Assembly (NCBI GenBank): GCA_002104905.1
Contig: MCFE01000477.1
Span: 1 to 64,000 of the forward strand
DNA length: 64,000 nt
From: Basidiobolus meristosporus CBS 931.73
Lineage: Eukaryota > Fungi > Basidiobolomycota
Direction of reading: 5' to 3'
Both the position numbers and the translations under genes were made by a program. Below, in pieces: positions 26,139 through 37,438 of the stretch (positions are counted from its first letter, which is position 1; each line of letters opens with the position of its first letter). The notes beneath the pieces were generated by a model that made no database searches, was not told where the DNA came from, and saw only the letters and a list, made by a program, of their open reading frames with translations.

Positions 26139-27946
26139 TGTGGTGGTGTATAAGTCCAAGGGAGAGATACATCCAACACTTCTCAAGTGTTTTGTGTGTG
26201 GGGTGTTCACTGGGTGCAATAACCTCTGGCAAAAGCTTGCTAGGAATACTTGGGTTCTGTCTCTAATCTAATGTGATGGGGAATAAAGCCACAAGCTTGT
26301 CAAGGGAAAACTGTTGAGCTATAATCCCCAACTTAGTTGGTGTATTAACAAAAGTTTATGCTGAGTTCAGCATCCTTTGAGATGACAATGTACTAAAGCT
26401 TCCAAAGTCAAAATAACTGTAAACTCCACCAGCAGGGACTTGATAAGAATGCAGCTGTGGTCAATAGTTACAAAGACAGAAAATTATCTTTGCCTGTACA
26501 AGAACAAACTTGGGAAAGAATCAAATATAATAATAGATACCTACTCTGAGTATTCCTCACAAGTAGTGCCTCCAAGGTCAGTTGGCTGTCAGCACGGTTT
26601 CCTGGGAGTGTCCTGTGGTCTGGGGTTGGAAGTTCAGGTAGTAGCAGGTAGCAGTGATCACACTAATCAACAAGTTGGTATATTGATAAAAGGGATGATG
26701 ATTTATTATTGAGGGATAGCCTCTCTTATATACTTTTCTTACTAGCTAAGTGATTACTAATCATGGTGTTCCAGAAGGTTAGGGGTGTCAATAGAAATCT
26801 TAATGACATCAGAATGACCTAAGAATGTTCTATGTAGGTGCTGGAAGGTTCTAAGAGGCACAGCACATCCAACCAATCAGAAATCAGTACTCCAAAACCT
26901 GTGTAACATAGGGATACTATATATGGTATGGAAATGGTAGGGATGGTGACACAGGTTGATCATGTGTCACAGGTACTGGCATGGGTACTTGCCTAATATA
27001 GAAGCACTTATAGCTGGTAATCTTACATAAAGTGAGGGATGGCTTATTTGATAAGGTAAGCAGGTGTGATAGTCAACTGGCCTATGGGATAGTAGACTTG
27101 TTCCGTTGGATAGTGCCACATTGAGCCATGAGTGCCAAATGATGCCATAGTGTGCCAGGGAGGCTAAGTGAACCTATACTTGGCCACAGAGTGTGAAACA
27201 TAGATCTGCATCTTCATGCAAAGCAGCCCCTGTGTTTCACCAATGGTGTTGGAGAAAATCCATTTTTTGACCTTTTTTTTTACATCAATGTTGTGCAGGA
27301 TGTGTAAGAGCACAAAAGGATTGAAAATATGCATTTGGTACTCAATACCCATGGCACTCTGAATCTAGCTCCTGTGGCTTGTAGCATGTCACAACAATGC
27401 ATGGCACTATCTTGGTCCAATGGTACTATCTGGCACTATATTTAAATATTAGCCCTAAAGTAAGATCAATATAAAGCACTTATAGTGCCAGATAGTACCA
27501 TTGGACCAAGATAGTGCCATGCATTGTTGTGACATGCTACAAGCCACAGGAGCTAGATTCAGAGTGCCACGGGTATTGAGAACCTGATGCATGTGTTTGG
27601 TTCTTCTGTGTTCTTACACATCCTGCACAACATTGATCCACAAAAAAACATCAAAAAATGGATTTTCTCCTGCATCATAGGTGAAACACAGGGGCTGCTT
27701 TGCATGAAGATGCAGATCTATGTTTCACACTCTGTGGCCCAGTATAGGCTCATTTGGCCTCTCTGGCACACTATGGCATCATTTGGCCCTCATGGCTCAA
27801 TGTGGCACTATCCAACGGAACAAGTCTAGTACTGATCAGGTAAGACAAATGGGATAAAACTAAAATAAGTGTAGTAGAGATATAGGGAAGTAGACAATAT
27901 GGGAATGAGCACATCTGTCAGTGGGTGTCACTGTCACCACACTACA
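26139..27946 (-). mobile_element. Solo LTR, family D, reversed, carrying the foldback element
   Basis: Reverse complement of 6452-7521 once 27093-27828 is removed; inserted in the copia RNase H 'SD-V-DW' codons; flanks ACAT/ATGT. Confidence 0.92.
27093..27828. mobile_element. 736-bp foldback/MITE-like element, copy 2
   Basis: Same termini, length and spacer as 23775-24510; absent from LTR-D copy 1. Confidence 0.92.
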
Positions 27947-28415
27947 ATGTAGACTGGGGACAAAACTTAGAAGTCAGAAGATCTATTACAGGAAACACCT
28001 TTCTTTACTGTAAAGGAGCAATTTCATGTAGTTCAAGAAAGCAACCAACTGCAGCACTTTCCACCACACAGGCACAGCATATGGCAGTCTATGCGGATAC
28101 AAAACTAGCAATGTGGCTAAGAAAGCTTTTTAAAGATTTAGACTTATGTCAAAAAGTGTCTATGGCTTAATTTTAAGATTATCATGGATGCATGCAATTA
28201 GGTAGAAATCCAACTTTTCATGCCAGAACTAAGCACATAGATATTAGACATCATTTCATATGTGAAGCTATAGAGAATAACTTAGTTGGCTTAGTTTACT
28301 GTCCTACAGATGAAATGATTGCAGACATATTTACCAAACCATAAGCTAGAGACAAGTTTGAATATCTTGAGTCAAAATTAGGACTAGTCAGTATGAGCAT
28401 TTAGCTGAGTGGGAG

Positions 28416-31400
28416 TGTTGTAAAAGTTTGTAATTCCACCTAAATACTCACCTAACTTAGTCACTTAAATCATCACCCTCAAATCATAGAGAATACTGAC
28501 CAAATTCCTTGTTGGGATATACTTCAAATATTTTCACCAAAATACCAGGTACCCAGAACATGAAAATTCTCAAAGTTGTCCAAACAGCCCCAAACTTTGC
28601 ACACATGTTCTTGGGACCTTTCGTAACCTATTCTTTGTGTTTGTAATGCCAAGACCAGGTAAAAGTATTAATACTACTTTTACATTCAATAAATCATTAA
28701 GTGAAAACCACATAATCTACTTGTCCTCCCAATCACTTCCAATATCTCCAAGACTCTTACAACAGGTTATGCGCCCAAGCTGTCACTCTCTGCAATGTCT
28801 ACTACTGCTATTACTGGAATTTTTCCCTCTGCTGAAAAGTTGGATGAATCTAACTACCAAGTGTGGAAGGTGAAGATGAAGATGGTTGAAGTTGGTGGAG
28901 AGAGAAATTGGTGAAAAAATCAAGAAAATACACACTGAAAATGGTGCAGAATATACCTCAAAACTCTTCATCCACTTCTATAAAATTCACGAGATAAAGC
29001 AAGAGACCACTGTACCATACTCCCCACAGCACAATGAAGTAGCAGATTGTGTAAACAGCTCAACAACTGATATGGCCAGATCTATGATCCATGATCAAAT
29101 GTTTCCTATGATTTTTGGGCAGAATCAGTTGCCACTGCTGTATACCTTAAAAATAGGAGTTATAACAGAGTACTGAGTGCTTCTACTCCATTTGAAGCAT
29201 GGTATGGGTACAGACCAAGTGCAGAACATCTAATGATAATTGAGTGTACAGTATATGTTAAGAAACTGCACAGAAATCAGTCAAAATTTGAGCCAAAATA
29301 TGTAAAATGCATATTTTTGGGTTACTGCAATGCAAGTAAAGCATACAGACTCTACAATACCAAAGCAAAGAGGCTAATCAAGTCCAGGGATGTGTTGTTT
29401 GATGAAAATTCAAAACTTTCACAGAAAATGACATCAGATGATGACAAAAATTTGATCTTAAGCCCAACAATAGTCAGGATTGAATAAGAGCAAAACAATG
29501 AAAGCTTTTCACTCTGGAGGACTCTACAACTGTGGTTCAGCCTGAATCAGTGTCCAGGAATATCTCAGAAGTGATTATACGAGTATCAAATGCCAGGTGA
29601 TCCAATTGGACAAGAAATAGCCCAAATTACTATATTGATGAGGGTACAAACTTAGCCTATGCCTATTCAGTCCATATTGATGAGCCCCAGACTGTAAATG
29701 ATGCCCTAAATAGCACTCAGACAAAGTTTTGGAGATCTGCAACGGCTGAGGAATATCAGGCCCTGATAGAAATCAAACTTGGGACTTGGTCAAATTACCA
29801 ATCAACCAAATATCAATTGGATGCAGATGGGTGTTTGAGACAAAAATCAAGGCTGATAGTACAGTTGAAAGATACAAAGCAACACTTGTGGCCAAAGGAT
29901 ATTCCAAGCAAAAGGACTTGACTCTACTGAGTCCTTTATGCTGGTAGACAAGTTTAATTCCATCGGATTAATATTGGCTATTGCAGCCAAATACAAGTTT
30001 TTTATACATCAAATGGATCTAAAAACTGCATTTTTGAATGGAGAACTTGATAAGGATGTGTATATGGACCAGCCTGATGGTTTTGTTGACCAAGGGAATC
30101 CCCATTTGGTCTGCAAGCTTAAAAAATCTCTGTATGGTCTCAAACAATCATTGAGAGCCTGGAATTGCAAGATAGATTCTTATTTGGAATCTTTGGGTTT
30201 CAAAAGGAGTAATGCTGACTATAGTATATACTATAATCCAGATAGAGCAAGTCTAGTTCTATTAGCTCTCTATGTGGATGATCTTATTATAGCCACCAAT
30301 AACCTAGCAACATTGGAAGAGACTAAATCTAGACTATCTCAGGAGTTCAAGATGTCCAATCTAGGAGAACTCAGTTACTACTTAGGGAGTACGTTCTCCA
30401 TAGACAGGAGTACCCAGACTATCACCCTCAGCCAATCCAAGTATATTCAAGATATACTTAAGAAGTACCAAATGGAAGACTGTAAACTGGCTGCTACCCC
30501 AATGGAGACAAACTGTAACTTGGTCAAAACTCAACCAAGTCAAGAGAGCTTGGCACTATCTGAAAGCCTTGAGCTTCATTATCAATCTATGGTTGACACT
30601 CTGATGTATAATATGCTTCAGACATGTCCAGATATCACATATTCAGTGGGAGTTGTCAGCCAATATAATCAGGTCTATGGATCTGATTATATTGCAGCAG
30701 TTGAGTGGATTTTAGATACCTGAAAGGAACAGCTGATGTCTGCTTAAGGTACTCTTATAAAGATTCAGAGCAGGATCTTGTGGGATACTTTGATGTAGAC
30801 TGGGGACAAAACTTAGAAGACAGAAGATCCAACACAGGATACAGCTTTCTTTACTGTAAAGGAGCAAATTCATGTAGTTCAAGAAAGCATCCAACTGTGG
30901 CACTTTCCACCACACAGGCAGAGCCTATGGCAGCCTGTGAGGCTACAAAACAAGTAATGTGGTTAAGAAATTTTTTTAAAGACTTAGACTGATGTCAAAA
31001 AGTGCCTATGGCTTAATATTATGATAATCAAGGATGCAGACAATTAGGTAGAAATCCAACTTTCCATATTAGCACTAAGCACATAGATATTAGATATCAG
31101 TTTATATGTGAAGCTATAGGGAATGACTTAGCTAGCTTAGTTTACTGTCCTATTGATGAGATGATTGCAGACACATATACCAAATCATTAGCTAGAGACA
31201 GGTTTGATTATCTTAGGTCAAAATTAGGACTAGTCAGTATGAGCATTTAATTGAATTGGAGTGCTGTAGAATTTGCAATTCCACCTAAATATTCACCACA
31301 CTTAGGCACTTCAATTATTACCTACAAACTTTAGGGAATACTGACTAAATTCCTTGTTGGAACTCACTTGGAATATTTTCACCAGAAACATCCAGTACCC

Positions 31401-31609
31401 AGAGCATTATAATTCTCAAAGTTTTACAAGCAGCCCCCAGCTTGGCACAAATGCTCTGGGGAACATCCTGAGCATTTCTATGAGCTTTTAGTGCCAAGAT
31501 CATGTAAAAGTATAAATACCACTTTTCCATTCAATAAGGCATTAAGTGAAAGCCACATTACCTCCTTGTTCTCCCAATCACTTCCAATATCTCCAAGACT
31601 CTTACAACA
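28416..31609 (+). mobile_element. Internally deleted Ty1/copia element whose 5' LTR is shared with the upstream element
   Basis: LTR 28416-28764; PBS GGTTATGCGCCCAAG at 28765 (copia-type internal tRNAiMet PBS); gag start 'MSTTAITGIFPSAEKLDESNYQVWKVKMKM' jumps to integrase 'IHTENGAEY'; RT 29938-30723 ('LYVDDL'); RNase H; 3' LTR 31262-31609. Confidence 0.9.
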
Positions 31610-31952
31610 TGTAATAGTTATTAGTTTCACCATGATATCAACCAAATTTAGTCACTTTGCTGATTACCTAAAAGTCTTGGAGAGTTCCAGTCAAATCCCA
31701 TGTTGGGATTTACTTGGAACATTTTAACCAAATTATCAGATACTCAGAAGATGAGATTTTTAAAGCTGCCAATATAGCTTAACACTTTGCACATGTGGTA
31801 TTGGGACCTTTCCAAACATTTTCTGTGTGGTTTTTGCTATAACCATGAGATAGTATAATGACTAATACTATATTTGATAAGTCATAAGGTGAAAACCACA
31901 TAATCTACTTGTTCTTCCAATCAGTTCCAATATCTCCATGACTCTGACAATA
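31610..31952 (+). repeat. Diverged copia-type LTR abutting the previous 3' LTR
   Basis: Starts TG directly after ...CTTACAACA; shares 'GGGACCTTTC' and 'GAAAACCACATAATCTACTTG...CCAATATCTCC' blocks with the other copia LTRs. Confidence 0.7.
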
Positions 31953-32615
31953 GTGGGTTTTGAGAGACTTGAAATTCAACTGATATTGTGACAGTACACA
32001 GCTGGCCTTTGCTAAAAAAAATTTCATAACAAGACATATGCAGTGGGAGGCACTTTGTTCTTTCTTCTGATATCTTAGGGCTCCTTCTCTAGCACCTTGA
32101 TGAGTGTACTCCTCTCCCACAACAATTTCCCAAAAACCACTTTCCTGTATCTTTGCCCTCACCTTCTAGACTTGATGGCAAGATCCATCCAACTACACAG
32201 CAGAGTGAAGAATTCTAGTAATAGCAGTGGTTGACATCCCAGTGAGGGTCAGCTTGGGGCTTACATCTGGCAGTAAGAGTTTAAGCAATATTGAAAGGGA
32301 ATGGAAGAACAAGCAAATAATATGGTTTTGACTAAAGGATTTACTGAAAGTATAAAGGGTATTTACACTCTTCCATGGTGTTGGCAAAACAAACCCATGA
32401 AAGAGATTTAGAAAGGTCCCAAGCGAATTATGCAAAGCTTAGAGCTGTTTAAACAACCTTGAGATTTTTGGGATTGGGGTACCTGGAGTTTTGATGAAAA
32501 TATTCCAAGTAAATCCCAACAAGGAATTTGGGCAGAATTCTCTAAGATCTGTAGACTATGATCTAAGCGACTAAGTTGGGTGAATATTTTGGTGCGATTA
32601 CGAATTTTTACAACA
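31953..32615 (-). mobile_element. Copia 5' fragment (LTR 32268-32615, decayed PBS, start of gag) on the minus strand
   Basis: Minus-strand LTR begins TGTTGTAAA at 32615; gag remnant 'MRAKIQESGFWEIVVGEE' (31905-32162) resembles the copia Gag N-terminus. Confidence 0.8.
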
Positions 32616-33099
32616 GAATACCCATGGTAGTAGTGGGTAAGCAAATAAAGAGGCTTGATTCTACAGTGGAATCTAGGAATGGCACAAGGGGAGGTAGAAA
32701 AATGCAATACCATTTGGTAAATTGGTACGGTAGCATTACACAGGACTAGCTGTAGGCTGCCATACTGCCATGATAATGCCAACAGAGGTCTGCATCAAGG
32801 CCACCCCGGTGAGCCTGAATCGACCAAGAAGCCACTGGGTGATAGACGGTTGGGGTTGGATTTTTGTCGAGAGATGGGAGCGGATTGGGAGCGAACATGC
32901 ATCGAGGTAGGACGGCCAAACCTGTACCGCAAGCGAAACAACCTTGCTCAAGACATCCCACACGTAGGAGAAACCACCACCACCCGAAACGCGTTTCAAT
33001 CCGGGGGGAAGTGAGGAGTGATCGGGGGTGAAACTGCGTTGGGGATCCACCATATAAATCGGGGCCCGCCAGCACCACCTCACCACCATCTCTGCAAAC

Positions 33100-33525
33100 A
33101 TGAGACTAGCAGGACTGATTACGCTTGCGTCGTGGTTGGTGGGCTCCGGGGTGACCGGGCAGATCCCCAGCTCGTGTCCCGCCCGCGCCCCGACCAACAG
33201 GTTCCTGAAGAAGGCGGGATGCCCGTGGATCCGGCAGGGGGACAACGGGACCATCGGGAGCTGCTGCGAGGAAAAGGACTCCTGCTACAGTAACTGTAAC
33301 AAGAAGAAGAACGAGTGCGACGAGGAGTTTCGGGGATGCATGCTGGACCTATGCATCAACGAGTTTGTCCCCGCGAACCCCGAGTGGGGAGATACCACGA
33401 AATGTCTGGATTACTGGAACCAGCTGGACGCCGCCGGGGCCCGCAGATGGCGTTTGCACAGGGCGGAAGATTTCTCCTGCCAGGCATACGAGAGAGCCCG
33501 CAAGTCGGGTCGTTGTACCACCTGA
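33100..33525 (+). CDS. Secreted phospholipase A2 group XII-like protein with the catalytic His replaced by Lys
   Basis: Hydrophobic N-terminal signal peptide; 'CCEEKDSCYSNCNKKKNECDEEFRGCMLDLC' aligns in register with the group XII sPLA2 pattern CCxxHDxCYxxCxxxKxxCDxxFxxCxxxIC; intronless; AATAAA at ~33535. Confidence 0.75.
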   Translation: MRLAGLITLASWLVGSGVTGQIPSSCPARAPTNRFLKKAGCPWIRQGDNGTIGSCCEEKDSCYSNCNKKKNECDEEFRGCMLDLCINEFVPANPEWGDTTKCLDYWNQLDAAGARRWRLHRAEDFSCQAYERARKSGRCTT

Positions 33526-33766
33526 TCTCGCGAAAAATAAATGTTGATTCACCATCCACGAGGTTCTCCGAGGGTTTATTACAGCGAATGATTAGAGGAT
33601 GGAGTGGGGTGGAGTGGAGTGGCTGGGTAATAGGGCCAACTAAAAGGGGGGAGTCTCTCTAGGATGCGGCCTTCTTTACAACTTGTGAGCATCGAAGTAA
33701 TATTTAGCAACGCCTAATTACAGAAATGAACAGGATTGGAGGTATCGGTTCTAGGGAGAAGTGGGC

Positions 33767-35316
33767 TCAGGGCAGCTGCCGGATAATGTTCACCAGGTAG
33801 TCCTTTTCCTCGATAAACTGTTCGTCGTCTAATTCTTGTCGTCAGTGGATCTGCCAATGGCGAGGGCACGTGGTTGGAATAGGCTTACCGTTACGACCGT
33901 TGCTGAGACTGCTCAGGTAGACGATCAGCTTCTCCTGGTTCTTCTTCAGGATCTCGGCGACCGGGTGCGTTTTGTTGGGGTTTGCCACGAAGATCTAGAG
34001 GGGATGGTAAGTAACAGGATGGACAAGAGAGGTAGGGGCCTTTCATCATCACCTTGAATACATGGTACGCCTCGATCTGGATGTTTTTACTGGGATCGCG
34101 CAAAAGGTTCATGATCATCTTCAGGTTCTCGGAATATCCAATGAACTTGGTCATCACCTGGAAATTCGCTCGGTTCAGCAGGATCTCCGAGAGAAGCTAT
34201 GGATTCCGGTTAGTGAGGTGGGCTTGTGTACCGGAAGCAAGATCTGGCGCCTACCTTGAGTGATTGCCGTTTAGTCACATAGTTAGGAGACATTAATAAT
34301 CCATTATAGTTGTCAAAGAACTGGTGGGTGACTGGTTAGTGGGTGTCGTGACCATGAACAGTTTCGATTTCCTCACTTTATCGTAATCTTTGATCAAGAA
34401 GGCGGGGGTTAACTCTTTGTGGCGGGTCAGGATGTCCTAAAGAAGCAGTCGATGTTAGGGGAGTTGGGGACGACGCCACCACGGGAATTATTCTCAATTA
34501 CCTTGAAGGTGGAGAAAGCATCGCTAGAGATGTCAAATGTATCCGACTCGATGTACTTGAAGAACTTGTAGAACTCTGGACTTTCGAGCAATCCTTTGGC
34601 CAAGGGTGGGTATTTGGCACAGTCCCTGAGGATGGAGCCACAGCATAGGGCTATCTCGGGGTTGCCATAACTATCCAGTGAAGCTGGTTAATCATCCGCC
34701 CAAAATCTGCATCCTCAACTACGTAGTTACTCACCCGTGCAGTATGGCAAAGAGCGTGTGAGATTTCTCAGAAAGATAATCCACTGTGGGGTGTCTGCTA
34801 GCGATTTGCCGACGAAGAAGCATACCGAAGATGCTCACCACGTCCTTTCTGGTCTGGATTCCCGGTTTAGTGAGGAGTACCATGGGCATCTGGACCCTTT
34901 CTTGTTGAACACATACCTCAAACTCGAGTGCAGGCAGCTTCATCACAAGTAACTGTAGCAATTCAACCTTGTATATCTCCTGAGCAAGCTGAGCAACTAG
35001 ATGCAGGGTGTCATCTCGCTGAATAGGACAGCCTGCATGAAGGAAACACAGACATACCATCATCTCCACCAAGCATCGCTTTCATCAGTTGGACATTCCT
35101 GGTGATCTCCTCGGTAGCCTGCAATACAAACCGGTTAAGTAAACCCCTTGAAGGTTAACTCCACTTCTGCACGCCAAAGCGAACGAAAAGTGGGAGGTTC
35201 TCGAGGGATAGACATACTCTTTTCCATTCCGGTCCGTCGATTCTATACAACGCATCCTTCACCCCGCGAACCACGTCCTGAGGGGTCTTGTTTTTGGATT
35301 TAAAGAAAAAGCTCAT
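33767..35316 (-). CDS. HYM1: MO25/Hym1 (CAB39) kinase scaffold, multi-exon
   Basis: Spliced peptides '[16 protein letters not shown]', 'VAQLAQEIY', '[16 protein letters not shown]', '[17 protein letters not shown]', '[12 protein letters not shown]', '[25 protein letters not shown]', '[15 protein letters not shown]'; GT-AG introns. Confidence 0.93.
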
Positions 35317-37438
35317 GTCAATAAGGACCGGTTAACAAAGAGTGGGTGGGGGAATGGCTTTCGGGACTTTGTATCCCTGACGATGTAACAGTAGCGTCCT
35401 TAAAATCCCCTCGGGCCAATCAGCTGCGAGTGGGTTGAAATGAATAAACAAACCACTGAGTGCCTGGTGGGATTCGGAGTGGTTGCCAAATATCTTGCCA
35501 TAGTGGTCAAATGCGTGCGTGGGAGATCTCGATATTTCTCTGGCCGGGAATCCTCATATGTGCGATGTTTTGTTTATCACGCCGCCATTTGGATTGGATC
35601 AAATTGGATGGGGAACGCGCATACCAACGATTGGCACAACGCTTCATTCGTGTTGATTGTTGGCTGATTGAGTGCTTTCTGCCACGGTGGCTAAATATTA
35701 TGATTGGGAGTATGTTTATTTCAGACTAAATGCACCTTGTTTCTTCCAGGGTCGTGTGACCTTTCTCCTTCCACTGGAATGGCACATCTTTGCTGATTCT
35801 ACCTATAGATTAGCTCATAAAAGGATATTTAATTTAATCCGCTTCCTCTTCCATCAGCCCAAATGAGCAGTAGTTATGACGCTCCTTGTAGGGGCAATGA
35901 ATGGTCTTCACAACAACAGCTCTATGCCCATCAATTACCCATGACTGTTATTATTCTGCCTATGTTACTGATCCCATCAGCAAGCATAGGAAAGATCAAC
36001 CTTATGGCACGTGACCCAATCGGTGGCTATAAATTTACGATAATTGCGGGATTTCAAGCAACCCTGACCCCTCCTCTCACCCCTTGTGATGAACCAACCC
36101 ACAACCAACACCAATGATAGTCACGAATTGGTCCGATTTCTTCAGAGCATTGAATCGTAAGTACATCACAGTGGAATAACTCTGTGTTCCAGGGTACAAA
36201 CTGATTCCCCCCTCTCGGATAGATTGTCGGAGGAAATCTTGGATGAAATACTTGTTGAATGTACCAACGAACTTTACACCGCGTCCGATTCACTTGTAGA
36301 GAAGATTTTCAAGGAGGAGTTCCTAACGGAGGGCTAGCTTTCTCTCAATTGGAAGCCCGAATTCTTGGTTGACACTGCATTGTAGCTTGTATATTAGAAG
36401 GGAGCTCCTCAAGCTAGTTTGATAGACTGAGTGGCAGCTTTGGCTCCTGGACATAGATAATACGCATATTCCACGAGTGTTCTATTCATCTACTTGGTGT
36501 GTTGGTTTCTATTCTATTATCCTCCCACTTGAGTTCACGTCTATTTGGCTTTCTGTATTCTAAACCAAACAACACATCTCAACATTTTAAGAAGGCAATC
36601 ACTTCAAGGGAGTTTACAACGTCGCGAAGTTTCCTACACCATTAGTCATCCCCAACAAGATCTCTAGAGATCAATCCACCTCAGCCAAGCCTTCTTCAGC
36701 TTCCTTGACCACGTTCGATCGATGTCACATATACCAACAATACACAATCCTCAAGTGAAACTACAACCTTCTTTTAGTATTACGAGCCCCAGTGGTTTTT
36801 ATAGGAATCGGAGGGGAATCAGGGGGAATCGAGGTGAATGGTTATCCCAGACGATAGAATAGAAATTGGTCATTTGATAACAGATAATCATTCCGCACTT
36901 CGCATTACACATAAGCCATGGCACACCAAGCATTCTCGTTCTGATCGCATCATTCGTCTATGATGGGTGGGAAAGTTACACGGTAACTAGACAAACATCG
37001 AACCACTAACCCAAATTTCCAATGGCTATTCTATAGATAGGATGCATGCCATACCGCTTCATACACCTGTTGGCGATGATAATCACTAGACTCGATCAGA
37101 ATAATCCTGGAATAAGCCAGACGCCATTCCCACTGGCTGATTAAACTGTTCATCAGTTGGAACACCCGATAATCAGGAGAGGCTTATATGGTAAAGAGCA
37201 ATAACTAATTCATCTCTGAAATGTGACTCAAGCTGATGAAACGTTGAGATTCCCTAGGAAAAAATCTGGAAAATTTCTGGCCATTTTTACTCAGTGGAAT
37301 AGGAAATCTATATATTATCTTTGGCGAGGGTGGAGTGTACTCATTAGCTTCTAACGACATACTTTCAAGTAAGTGTATTTCGCGTCGAATCCTTCTCATC
37401 TGCGCCAGGAATTTACCCTTTTGTTTCCAGGTTTTAGT

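Larger units (their letters stand above)
24830..28764 (+). mobile_element. 5'-truncated Ty1/copia element (RT-RNase H-3' LTR) with three nested insertions
   Basis: RT 'VFKTK.KADGTVER...LVAK', 'LKRSLSGLKQSPRAWNSK', 'ALYMDNL'; RNase H 'SDVDWGQ...RRSITG'; polypurine tract TAGCTGAGTGGGAG then LTR at 28416. Confidence 0.9.
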
